Origin: Eledone cirrhosa
Lineage: Eukaryota
Direction: 5' to 3'
Assembly: GCA_964016885.1 (NCBI GenBank)
Contig: OZ024741.1
Location: 333,622,001-333,686,000, forward strand
Length of the DNA stretch: 64,000 nucleotides
The position numbers were made by a program, and so were the translations under genes. Below, in pieces: positions 40,569 through 53,600 of this stretch; the stretch's first letter is position 1, and every line of letters starts with the position of its first letter. The notes beneath the pieces are model-generated. The model had not been told where the DNA came from and did not search any database. It saw only the letters and a list, made by a program, of their open reading frames with translations.

Positions 40569-41159
40569 TGTACCTTTAATGTAATTCTCAAGGTGATTGA
40601 GTGTGACACAGAATATGAGAAGGCCAGCCCTTCAAATTAAAGGTACTGGAGCAACATGTAATAGAGTGTCTTGCTCAGGGACACAGCTCCTTACCAGGAA
40701 TTGAACTCACAATCTTACAATCATGAGTCGAATACTCTAACCACTAAGTTATGCAACTTTACTATGTACCTTTAATGTAATTCTCAGGGTGATTGAGTGT
40801 GACACAGAATATGAGAAGGCCAGCCCTTTAAATTAAAGGTACTGGAGCAACATGTAATAGAGTGTCTTGCTCAGGGACACAGCCCCTTGCCAGGAATTGA
40901 ACTCACAATCTTACAATCATGAGTCGAATACTCTAACCACTAAGTTATGCAACTTTACTATGTACCTTTAATGTAATTCTCAGGGTGATTGAGTGTGACA
41001 CAGAATATGAGAAGGCCAGCCCTTTAAATTAAAGGTACTGGAGCAACATGTAATAGAGTGTCTTGCTCAGGGACACAGCCCCTTGCCAGGAATTGAACTC
41101 ACAATCTTACAATCATGAGTCGAATACTCTAACCACTAAGTTATGCAACTTTACTATGT
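40569..41159 (-). repeat. 3 x 196-bp tandem array of a SINE 5' portion
   Basis: Units start at 40569, 40765 and 40961. Each has a tRNA-like head on the minus strand. Confidence 0.92.
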
Positions 41160-41516
41160 TCATTATACATAATGCATATTATATGCTTTCATATAAACTT
41201 CTATTATTGTACAATGTATTTTTTATAATTTCCTTTTTAAGATATGAGGGTGTATTTGATGAAATTTGAATTCTATTTCTTGTGCAAGTAATTGCCTAGA
41301 TGCTCAGTTATTGATTACGTTCATACTCCATTTTCTCATTAAGGATGCCTGACTTGGTATATCTCTTTACACAGTCTAGGCTCCTTCATTGGCTCATGAT
41401 AGTTTATATTGTTTCTGTTGCTGTTGTCATTATTTAGCTCTAGGTCAGCTCTGCTGGAGTAGTCAGATAATAACACAATTGCCTTCCAGCCACAATGTAT
41501 CTGTGTTTCTCTTGGA

Positions 41517-42190
41517 CATTGTATACCTAGGACTGCCTTATCATATTGTATACCTGGTACTACCTAGGACTACCTTATCACATTGTATACCTAGGACTGC
41601 CTTATCATATTGTATACCTGGTACTACCTAGGACTACCTTATCACATTGTATACCTAGGACTGCCTTATCATATTGTATACCTGGTACTACCTAGGACTA
41701 CCTTATCACATTGTATACCTAGGACTACATTATCACATTGTATACCTAGGACTACCTAGGACTACCTTATCACATTGTATACCTGGGACTACCTAGGACT
41801 ACCTTATCAGATTGTATACCTAGGACTACCTAGGACTACCTTATCACATTGTATACCTGGGACTACCTAGGACTACCTTATCACATTGTATACCTGTGAC
41901 TACCTTATCACATTGTATACCTAGGACTACCTAGGACTACATTATCACATTGTATACCTGGGACTACCTAGGACTACCTTATCACATTGTATACCTGTGA
42001 CTACCTTATCACATTGTATACCTAGGACTACCTAGGACTACCTTATCACATTGTATACCTGGGACTACATTATCACATTGTATACCTGGGACTACATTAT
42101 CACATTGCATACCTAGGACTATCTTATCACATTGTATACCTGGGACTACCTAAGACTACCTTATCACATTGTATACCTGGGACTCTACCT
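41517..42190. repeat. 29/39-bp minisatellite (CATTGTATACCTAGGACTACCTTATCA)
   Basis: Tandem units with or without a 10-bp CCTAGGACTA duplication. Confidence 0.95.
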
Positions 42191-42908
42191 TAATCAATTA
42201 TATTCCAGCCACGATGTACCTGTGCTTCTCTTGGCCATGGGAGTATTTTAATTGATGACATTCAAGTCATAATGTACTTGTGTTTTTCTTGGACACTGCA
42301 TACCTGGGACTACCATATCGCACCGTATACTTGAGACTACTTTAATCAATTGCATTCCAGTCGTGATATACCTGTGTTTCTCTTGGACATTGTATACCGA
42401 GGACAACCTTATCAAAAGAACTCACAAACCTAAATGTATATCACATGAGATCACAAAACCTTATGTATTTAGATTGGTGCCAAGGGATTAAAATTGAAAA
42501 AAGAAAGAGAAATTTATTAACAGTATGACAAAGGAAAATACAGAGAGTTCAGGGTCTTATCCAGTGACACAATAAACACCACCAACAGTTAAAATGATAA
42601 CCTGGCAGGTCATTAATTCGGTTGGCTGTCATTCCCTATTACAGTGATTCTCGGAGACCCAGGACATTTCTTTCCTCTTGCAATCCCAGCTTTCCTCAAT
42701 TCTTTCCCATTTTCAATTGTCATCTAGTAATATTTCACCCAAGCACCATATTAACACAAACAAGCTTTTCAAACTTTAATGATTATATAATTACAAATGG
42801 GATTATGTCTGGAGCCTCACTGCCTATGATGTTATATGTGAAGGGAAGAGACAAACAAACACTACACACATATGTACATGTAGATATATAAACTTGTGTG
42901 TGCATGTG

Positions 42909-43001
<93 letters not shown>

Positions 43002-43066
43002 TTTTCTCCCGAATGAAACCGTTCTAATCCTGTAGAAGCCTTTTCTATATATATATATATATATAT

Positions 43067-43143
<77 letters not shown>

Positions 43144-43508
43144 TGGTGCTGAGACAGGGGGAGACCACAAATCATGGAAGTACTTAATGAATGGGAAGAA
43201 GCAGAGTGGGTAGAGAGGAATGTATAAACCCAACTGCAATGTCAAGCAGTTTAGGCTTATGTTCAGCAAGCCTTTTCAAGGGTTTACTGGAATAAAAAGT
43301 ATATTTCCAGAAAGAAAAATATTCTTCTTGCCCCAGTAAACCCTTGAAAAGACTTGCTGAACAAAAAGCAAAACTGCTAGATGTCACAATCTCTTGCTTT
43401 CTGTCTCTAGAAAACACTTGCTTGAGATGTCTCTCAGTGGGTTAAAACGAAAGATTCCTGGTTATGTTATGAAGCTTACTACTTAATCACAAAGCAAAGC
43501 CTACATGC

Positions 43509-43554
<46 letters not shown>

Positions 43555-43700
43555 ATTATGTTATATATATATATATATATATATATTTTATATATATATA
43601 TGTACATATATATATAAGTAGAAGTGGTATTTAATTTGTTGGAAGTCCGACAAACATTAATGTTTATAACTGATTTAGAGCACTCAACATGGGTATGTCT

Positions 43701-43807
43701 CTATTTATAAAACAAACTTTGTATTTTATCTGATGAAAGTGTACCAATGTTGTCTTGGTTACCCTTGAAATATATATAATAAAATAAATATGGTTTTATA
43801 AATATAG
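43701..43807 (+). ncRNA. Type I hammerhead ribozyme motif
   Basis: TATTTTAT-CTGATGA-AAGTGTACCAA-tgttgtc-TTGGTTACCCTT-GAAA-TATATA-TA-ATAAAATA. Outer stem TATTTATAAAAC/GTTTTATAAATA. Confidence 0.75.
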
Positions 43808-43876
43808 TTTCCATTTATTTAATATAATCATCATCATCATCATCCTCGTTTAATGTCCACTTTCCACGCTAGCATC

Positions 43877-43939
<63 letters not shown>

Positions 43940-44186
43940 CATCATCATCATTTTTACAAAGACATGGGTTCGACAGGGCATTTTGAGGCAGTGCTTTACA
44001 GCCAGATGTCTTTCCTAACACTAACTCATTTACTTGTTTCTTAAGACATGCGAAGATATGTATGTGTATGTGTACATATATATATATATACATACATATA
44101 TATATATATACATATATACAGATACATATATACATATATACAGATACATATATACATATACACACTATATATATATTTACATAAGA

Positions 44187-44493
44187 CCCACACTGTAAAT
44201 GTGGTTGGTGTTAGGAAGGGCATCCAACTGTAGAAAACCTGCCAGACAGTCCTATGCGAGCAAGACAATCACTCTTGCCTCAAGTGGGACTACCCCCGTC
44301 CAAACCCATGCAAGCGTGGAACACGGACGTTAAACGTTGATGATGATGATGATGATATACAAGCCAGAATCAGTTCCAGTATGAGCAAGACAAGGTCAGC
44401 CAACCTAACATTGCCCACAACAGGACAACCCGTCTAACCCATGCTAGAATGGAAGAACGGACGTAAAACGGTGATGATGATGATGATGATGAT
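44187..44493 (+). mobile_element. Two tandem SINE/LINE 3' tails
   Basis: 44187-44355 matches 5160-5340. 44361-44493 matches the family A tail. Confidence 0.8.
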
Positions 44494-44618
44494 ACATACA
44501 TACATACACACATACATATATATACACATAAATATATACACACATGTGTATGTGTGTATATATATATATGTGTATGTGTATATATATATATATGTGTGTG
44601 TATATATATGTATGTCTG

Positions 44619-44649
<31 letters not shown>

Positions 44650-45902
44650 GTATATATAAAATGAGGTATGTACAATGGGAGTCTCATTGTACAAATGAAG
44701 TGATTTAAACAGACTTTTAAACAAGATCAGTGAATCTTTATAATGCTGAGAAATAAAGAAACTAAAAACTTATGTGGATTATTTCAGCAGGTTTTCAGTA
44801 TTGTGGGGTGAGGTGGGATGTGAAGTGGGAAGAGGGTATTGTTTTGATTTTGTTTCACTTTTTAATTTTTTTTTCAAATTTATTTTTTTGTATACTATTA
44901 CTATTTTGGTAGAATGTTTAGTTTGTAGATAGATAGCTTGCTTATATCTTACATCTAACATTGGAAAGCTGCCTTTTGAAGCAGTGTATTTAGTTTTTAG
45001 ACGGCATGTTCATTGAATGTGTAGATAGATTGCTTGGAGTTTTCTGTAAAGCATGCTTGCATTATATGTAGCATGCAAATTTCTGCAAGAAACTGATTGA
45101 ATCAATATTGATTATATATGACCTATATTTTTGTTGAACTTATAAAAGATGAAAGATTCAGTATGATTATAGATATACAGCTGATGAGAGTTACTATTCA
45201 TTGAAAAATTAATCTTGAACAACAATAAGACATCTTGCTTATCAACTTCTTACACATTGATTTCACTGTGTGAAGGTTGTGACTTATCTTCAAAATACTG
45301 GAAATTATCACAAAAAATTTCATATCATCAAATATAAAATTAGGAAAGACAAAAAAGGAAAAAAAAAAAACCCAAAAAAGAAAAATCAGCATTGAATATT
45401 TTAAGGAAAACCAAATGTGTTTAACAAGTTGGCCACCATAAATTACATGTATTTCTCCTCATTTACAAAACAATCCTTTCCCATGAATTTCAGATCCGAA
45501 AATTGTGAAATATTTTGCATTCCAAAATGGTTAAAATTAGTATCTCAATAGAAATAAGTCCTATTGAACACAAAATCATTCACACTCTTCTTCTTCCAAC
45601 AGCACCCCCACCATCCTTTGTTTTGTTTTATTATTACTATTATTATTTTTGTTTTTATTTAAAATAATTTTCTCTCCTACTCCTCTTCTGATAGGCTCTC
45701 TCTCCTCTCCCCTATGAAACACAATCCCACCATTACTTCAATTACTGACTCGAAATTTCCTACTTCTCTTCTATTGTTTCTTCTCTTGGAGTCTCTCCCC
45801 AACCCCATTTTTCTGGAATAATCTCATCGTACATGATTTTATTTGATTTATTTATTTACAAAATTCGTTTTAATTTTTCATTAGAAGAGTTCTACAAGAC
45901 TT

Positions 45903-46487
45903 ATAACCCTTTCGATACCATATTTCTAATGATAGAGTGCCTGTGATTTAAAATTAATCTTGAAAATAATCAAGACTAGAAGGATTTAGTAAAATAACTA
46001 TCTTTCTCATTATTAAGCTGGTATTTGGAACATAAATTAACAAATTTTATTCCATAGAAATATGATGAAACGTTTAACCATTTGTTATCATATTTCTATT
46101 GAAAGACACTGCACTGCCTATGAGTTTCAATTAATTTAAAATAATATATAAGACTGGATTTAGTAAAATATGTAATTTTCTAGTTATTTAGCTGGTATTA
46201 GGAACAAAAAAATTTTCTTACATAAAATTATGATAGAAGGTTTAACCCTTTCATTCCCATATTTCTATTGAAAGACACTGCCTATGATTTTAAATTAATT
46301 TTGAAAAGAATCAGGGATTTGTAAAATAACAAATGTTCTTATTATTAAGACAGTATTAAGACCATAACAAAGGTTCTTAAATAAAATTATGATTGAAGGA
46401 TTTTAGATAAATATAGATTTTAAAATAAATGGCTTTGTATCATAGAACCAGGGGTTGTTTCAGGTGGTTTGGTATTGAAAGGGCTAG
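45903..46487. mobile_element. piggyBac-like MITE family with three tandem left portions
   Basis: (T)TAACCCTTT..ACCATATTTCTA starts at 45903, 46074 and 46242. Related pieces at 23366, 23856, 32712, 27645 and 61250. Confidence 0.55.
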
Positions 46488-46779
46488 ATCATCCCAAAAC
46501 CCTGTAACATTACTGCCTGTAAACAATATGTTCAGTCCAATTGCGATGCTATCATAATTTTACTGAAGTGTTGTTCTGATAGATTAAAAGATGGGCAAGA
46601 ACTAGAAATGTATATCAAATCTAAATAGAAATCTCAATAAATTATGTGCAACATACTTGCTATCTTAGAACCTCATATATATTAGTAGCCTATTTTGTCA
46701 GAATATAAGATACAATATTATTTTGAGAGAAAAAAGTTTTGGGATGGTGTATACTAATGGTGCATACTATAGTGTAGCA

Positions 46780-46889
<110 letters not shown>

Positions 46890-48034
46890 AAGAGAGAGAG
46901 TCATAGGGAGTTGGACAGGTGGCAGATAGATATGGGTAGATAGACAATACAAAAACAGAGTTTCAGATGGGTAGATAAAAAGATAGAAAGATATACAGAT
47001 TCATGTATATTTGTAGTTATATATTGAATGTACATGTGTATATATACATACCTGTACAGGTCGCTTAAGAACAGATCTTTCAATCAAATATTTCGTAAAC
47101 ACCAGTTTGAAAAATGTCTTTGCATAATGATGTAGTTTTAATTTACAATTTCCTAAGTCAATAGAAAGGTTGCTGTTGATCCCAGTCTTGGTGAAACCTG
47201 GGAATAAAATAAAGAAAAGACGAATGAAATTAGATAAAGCTTTATGGCATAACTTCATTAAAAGAAAAATCCTAATTAGCAATGTATGGTGAACTGGCAG
47301 AGTTAATAGAACATTGGACAAATATACTTTGTGTTAATTATGTTGGCGTTCTGTGTTCTGAGTTCAAATCTTGCTGAGCAGCTGAGTATTAGTGCTTTGT
47401 AATAGACTGATAACATAACCAGGGATAGGGTTTGTGTATTTTGTTGCTCATCACCTCATGTAAGTGGGACAAGCTCTGAGGTTTGAGAGAAACAGAGCAC
47501 AACAATGGTGAGGAGGTTGATTTTGGACACCCTGCTGATCAAAAAACAAAGCCTGACAAAGGGCAGAAGAACTCATAAGAGTCAACGGCCATCTAAAAAT
47601 ATGTAAATATGTATATACATGTATGAATGCATATATGTGTGTATATATATATATATATGTGTATATACATGTACGTATGTGTATGTATATGCGTGGCGAA
47701 ATACCCGATCGCGTATTTAAACCACTGGGAGTGAAGGACCCCTAGTTTTTGTCAGGGCATTCTGCTAGGAGAAGGCAACTCAGAAAACTGGGATAACTCC
47801 GACATAAAACCTGTGGCTCAGTAGTTACAGATGATGTTAATATTTTCTTCTTTTCGGGTTACAGCTACTGTCACTCACAGAGTGGGATTGGCTCAGTGCA
47901 CAGTCTTTCCTCACTTTAAAAAAAATCTTCATGCACAGGCATTGCATGATGGCATTAATTGATAATTATTAATAATGTTATATCATGCAATGGCCATACT
48001 CGATATCGAGGGGGCACCATCATATATATATATA

Positions 48035-48190
48035 TCATCATCATCATCTAATTTTACATCTGCTTTTCCCTGCATGCAAGGGTTGGATGGGTCCTATTCA
48101 GCACAGCATCTCTCCACTTGTCACGGTCCTTCATCATCTCCTCGGTGAGTTTCAGCGATCTGAGGTCTGCTCTCACCACCTCCGCCCAGT
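48035..48190 (-). mobile_element. RTE LINE 3' end
   Basis: WAEVVRADLRSLKLTEEMMKDRDKWRDAVLNRTHPTLACREKQM* followed by (GAT)n. Confidence 0.8.
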
Positions 48191-48491
48191 TTAGATGGGT
48201 TAATAACACAACCATATAAAATCAAAGAATATTTTAAATTTGTTTGGATATTTGGACATGTGTTTGGTAAATATTTATGTTATTTATGTTGTTTGATAAA
48301 TTTTGAAGTGATTGATACAGCAGGAATGAATATTCCTGTTGTATTGATCGCAACATTCGTCAATCAATTAAATAATTTAATGTAATTTAATCCTATATAT
48401 TTTTATTCATTTATGTATATATGTATTAAGTATTAGCACAGATTTTGGTCTTTGTATCTATTATTACTACTATAATATGCATACATACATA

Positions 48492-48537
<46 letters not shown>

Positions 48538-48540
<3 letters not shown>

Positions 48541-49290
48541 TCATCATTCATCATCATCATTTCATTTTACGTCTGCTTTTCCCTGCTTGCAAGGGTGGGA
48601 CGGGAACTGATTCTGGCTTGATTTCTACAGCTGGATGCACTTCCTAACACCAACCTCATTTACAGTGAGTGCTGGGTGCTTTTTTGCCGTGGCACCTCCA
48701 CGACCACTTTGCAGTGGAATGATAGGGCCCCAGTCCCTATCATCTCATTTCTACAGCTGAGTAAACTGGAGCAATGTGAAATAAAGTGTCTTGCTCAAGG
48801 AAACAACACATCATCCGGTCTGAGAATTGAACTCACAACCTTTCAATTGCAAGGTCAATGCTCGAACCACTAAGCCATGTGCCTGTGCCTCCATAGCCAT
48901 GTGCCTCCATTATATATATATATATATATATATATAGTGAGTTATATATATATATGTGAGTTCAATTCTCGGACCAGGTAATGTGTTGTTTCCTTGAGCA
49001 AGATACTTTATTTCACATTGCTCCAGTTTACTCAGCTGTAGAAATTAGATGATAGGGACTGGGGTCCCTATCATTCCACTGTAAAGTGGTCGTGGAGGTG
49101 CCCTGGCAAAAAAGCACCCAGCACTCACTGTAAATGAGGTTGGTGTTAGGAAGAGCATCCAGCTGTAGAAATCAAGCCGGAATCAGTTCCCGTATGAGCA
49201 AGACAAGGTCAGCCAACCGGACACTACCTACAACAAGACAACCTGTCTAACCCATGCTAGCGTGGAAGAACGGACGTAACGGTGATGATG
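48538..49290. mobile_element. Head-to-head pair of family A SINEs (48538-48891 minus; 48957-49290 plus)
   Basis: Mutually reverse-complementary bodies separated by (TA)n. Confidence 0.9.
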
Positions 49291-51086
49291 ATATATATAT
49301 GTATATATATACATACACACATAGATCATCATCATCCACACTCTTTCACATCTGTTTTCCATGCTTGCATGTGTTAGATGGGCTGTCAGGCTATGAGGAT
49401 TGACAGGTCTGGTGAACATGTCTTGCTCAGATCTGTTTGGGACTTGATTTTCTATGGTTGGATGCCTTTCCTAATGCCAACCACCTTACAGGGTGAACTG
49501 ACTGCTTTTTATCATGTCATCAACATGAACAGCTTGTCCTGGCAGCAATATTCTTTCCAGCTCATTGTACTCTCTGAGTTCAAATCCTGCTAAAGCCAAC
49601 ACTGTCTTTTATCCTTTCTAGGAAAATAATAAAAGTACCAGTTCAGGTCGATTCTTTCTTTATATTTTTTACTGCCTCCTTCTCACTTAAATCTTCTCCC
49701 TTGTTGAAAATCCGGATTTGGCTACTGTGGTTTACTGATCGATTCATGGTGAAATATATTTCTTTAATGAAATATATACAAGGAAGATTAATCAATTTAT
49801 AAGGTATCTATATTTAAAGTTCTAGTTAAACTTTAATTAGTTACCTACGTAGCTATGTGTGCTTACACACTTTTACAAATTATTCCCTGTGATTGTTTCA
49901 TATGTTTATTTTAGATATATATATATGTCAATCAATTTCTAGTTGATATATATATACACACACACACATATATATATCCATATGTACACACACACATATA
50001 CACACACATATACATATGCATGTATTATTTAAGATGACTACTCTTTTGTAATCTTTGCAAGTTTTATTTAATTTGCACTTTATGTTCTTTATCAAGCTGG
50101 TGATCAACAAATTGAGTGAAATAATGGCCAGTTTAGCCAGTTTAACCACTCCAGCCAAGAGCAATGAAGTCCATTTTCCAGAAACATGGAGAAGAAAATG
50201 AAATTGTTCCTTAAACTATTAGCTATGATTCATTGTTTAGATCTTGGTTAGAGATAATTTGTCTGCTTTTATCCACATAGCAAAGGTTGTGACAGGATTA
50301 ACAGCATACAATATGAGATGGTGATGGGGAAATTTCTTGAGCAGCAGAATACATTAAAAAGATATTATAGCCATAGAAAGGAGTTGTAAGGGAAGTTAGA
50401 AAGTTAGGATAGTTAAGATAAAGTACAGTGTATTATTTAAGGTTAGTTTAAGTACCGTATATACTTGTGTTGTGAAGGCAGTGGCTTAGTGTAAGGTTGG
50501 ATCTCTGTGTTCTGAAATCAAATTCTGTTGAAGACCACCTCGCCTTTCATCCTTTGTGGGTTTATAAAGACAATACCAACCCAGTGCTGCTTATGACTAC
50601 ATGCACACCAAAAACTCTTAGTGATAGCATGGTACATACTACCAAACTATACTTGATTCAATTGATAACTGTAATAGTTATATACTTGTGTTAAATCACA
50701 AATTGGTGGAGTTATTTGAGCATTAGATTTAAAATGTTTGGTATTTGTTCCGCTTCACTTCGTTGTAGGTTCAAATCCTAGAGAGGTTAACTTTGCCTTC
50801 CAGCCTAGAGAGGTTGATAAATAAGTACCAATTCAATACTGAGATGATTAGTGGGTCGAGCGAGAAGAAGTGATTCTTCCACTACCTCTATTTATCACTT
50901 ACTCTCTCCTTTCTCTAGAAGAATTTGGCTATGTTCCAACCTGGGGAGGGATATGTTCTGCCAAGTTTAAAATGCCCCAGACATGCCATGTGTCAAAATG
51001 GTTGTATGGCTTATACATAAGTATATTCAGTATTATCTTTATCAACATCAATTAACATCTGTTTTTCCTGCTAGCAAGGGTTGGAC

Positions 51087-51871
51087 TCGAAAGGTTGTGA
51101 GTTCAATTCTTGGACCGGGTGATGTGTTGTTTCCTTGAGCAAGACACTTTATTTCACATTGCTCCAGTTTACTCAACTGTAGAAATGAGATGATAGGACT
51201 GGGGTCCCTATCATACCACTGCAAAAGTGGTCGTGGAGGTGCCACGGCAAAAAAGCACCCAGCCCACACTGTAAAGTAGATGTGTAGGCGCCACGGGAAA
51301 AAAGCACTCAGTACTCACTGTAAATGAGGTTTGTGTTAGGAAGGGCATCCAGCTGTAGAAATCAAGCTAGAATCAGTTCCCATATAAGCAAGACAAGGTC
51401 AGCCGACCGGACACTGCCCACAACAGGACAATCCGTCTAACCCATGCTAGCATGGAAAACGGACGTAAAACGATGATGATGATGATGATGATGATGATAT
51501 ATATATATATATATATATATATCGTATGGAGGCACATGGCTTAGTGGTTAGAGAATTGGCCTTTCAATCGAAAGGTTGTGAGTTCAATTCTCAGACCGGG
51601 TGATGTGTTGTGTCCTTGAGCAAGACACTTTATTTCACATTGCTCCAGTTTACTCAGTTGTAGAAATGAGATGATAGGGACTGGAGTCCCTATCATTCCA
51701 CTGCAAAGTGGTCGTGGAGGTGCCCTGGCAAAAAAAGCACCCAGCACTCACTGTAAATGAGGTTGGTGTTAGTAAGGGCATCCAGCTGTAGAAATCAAGC
51801 CAGAATCAGTTCCCGTCCCACCCTTGCAAGCAGGGAAAAGTGGACGTAAAATGAAATGATGAATGATGATG

Positions 51872-51872
<1 letters not shown>
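51087..51872 (+). mobile_element. Two tandem family A SINEs (51087-51497; 51528-51872)
   Basis: Both end in (GAT)n. The second has the full GGAGGCACATGG head. Confidence 0.9.
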
Positions 51873-51904
<32 letters not shown>

Positions 51905-51919
51905 CCAAGAGAGACAATA

Positions 51920-52221
51920 TGTAGATTCCTGAGTTGAGTTGGGGAGGGGGATAAGCACAGTTAGAAAAAAGATGCTCAATACATTGATAGAGTATAGGCA
52001 TCTTTATTATATATAGAAATGACTTCTACATGACTAAAAATGTTCTGTTTTACTCGTATAAAATCATCAGGAGATATCTCATGATTTCATATGAATGAAA
52101 CAGTTCTAGTCCTGTAGAAGTCATTTCTCTCTCTCTCTACATACATACACGTATATATATATATATATATATATTGAGTACCTTACTTACTGTGGTTACC
52201 TCCGATTCAACCCGGAATAAC

Positions 52222-52222
<1 letters not shown>
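51920..52222. repeat. Largest copy of the palindromic Penelope-LTR-like element
   Basis: Centre ATCATCAGGAGATATCTCATGAT; arms AGAAATGACTTCTACA / TGTAGAAGTCATTTCT. Confidence 0.65.
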
Positions 52223-52271
<49 letters not shown>

Positions 52272-52272
<1 letters not shown>

Positions 52273-52577
52273 CATCATCATCATCATCATCATCATCATT
52301 TTACGTCCGCTTTTCCCTGCTTGCAAGGGTGGGATGGGAACTGATTCTGGCTTGATTTCTACAACTGGATGCCCTTCCTAACACCAACCTCATTTACAGT
52401 GAGTTCTGGGTTCTTTTTTTTTCGTGGCGCCTACACGTCCGCTTTACAGTGTGGGCTGGGTGTTTTTTTGCCGTGACACCTCCACGACCACTTTGCAGTG
52501 GAATGATAGGGACCCCAGTCCTATCATCTCATTTCTACAGCTGAGTAGAAATGAGATGATAGGACTGGGTTCCCTAT
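52272..52577 (-). mobile_element. Family A SINE, 5'-truncated, with a fold-back inversion
   Basis: Ends in a 33-bp-arm hairpin at 52506-52577. Confidence 0.85.
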
Positions 52578-53449
52578 ATATGTATTTAGAGAAAGAGAGG
52601 TGTGGGTGAGTGAGCGTGTGTGTGTATTTTAGTAGCTTGATAACTGTTCCATGATTAATTGTTATATTTTTTAATATTTGCCAAGAACAGCTTAAGGAAA
52701 GTAATAATATATATTTCTAAGGAAGGATTTATAAAACAAATTAATCTTTGTCTCAATGAATAATAGTTGATGTTGCTGTTGCTAAGCCCCTAGTCAGTCA
52801 GTCTTGCTCTAGCAGTCATTTTAGATGTATCTAGACATCTCTATCTGATGTACTCTTCTGTTTTAAGATGGTCAGATGAGATTTTAGGGATATATGGTTA
52901 CTATTTCTAGCATGTCAAGTAGAGTATCAATCTTAACAGTCGGTAGAAGGGACATACCACCAATGTGGTCGCAGTTGTATGCTTGGAAACAATACAAAAG
53001 TGCAAACACAAAACTTTCCTTGCTATCATGAATGACGATGAGATTTGCACCTAGAAAATTTCCTTCTGAGGCACAAGTCCAAGCAAGGTTGTTTGTGGAA
53101 GACCAGTAGTCACCCATGCATATTAGTCTCCCCTCACCACCCCACCAATATTGTCCAAAGGAAAGGCAATGGCCGATATAACTTGGCACCAGTGATGCTA
53201 CAACTCACTTCTACAGCCAAGTAAACTGGAGTAATGTGAAATAAAGAGTTTTGCTGCAGGACACAACACTCTGCCTGGTCTGCAAATTGAACTCACAATC
53301 TCTTGATTGTAAGCCCAATGTTCTAACCACTAATCCATGTGCGTTCATATTTCACTACCATATTTCCAATGATATATGTTGTCGATCTCTTTGACAACAT
53401 ATATCATTTATATATTTCTACCGCAGTGTCCAGCCTAACTCTACCCTCT

Positions 53450-53600
53450 GGCCGGAACATATAATCCCCAGCACAAGCAGCAAAAAACATCCTGCTTCCC
53501 CAAAAGATTGATAGCGAGAGAGAGAAAGAGAGGGAGAGAAAAAGAGCTTTTGACTCTGCTGCTACTTCCTGCTTCTAGTTACATGACGTCAATATGCCCT
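53450..53600. promoter_or_regulatory. Possible cis-regulatory module (CRE, ETS, GA tract)
   Basis: TGACGTCA at 53584-53591, ACTTCCTG at 53565, CCGGAA at ~53453. Confidence 0.3.
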
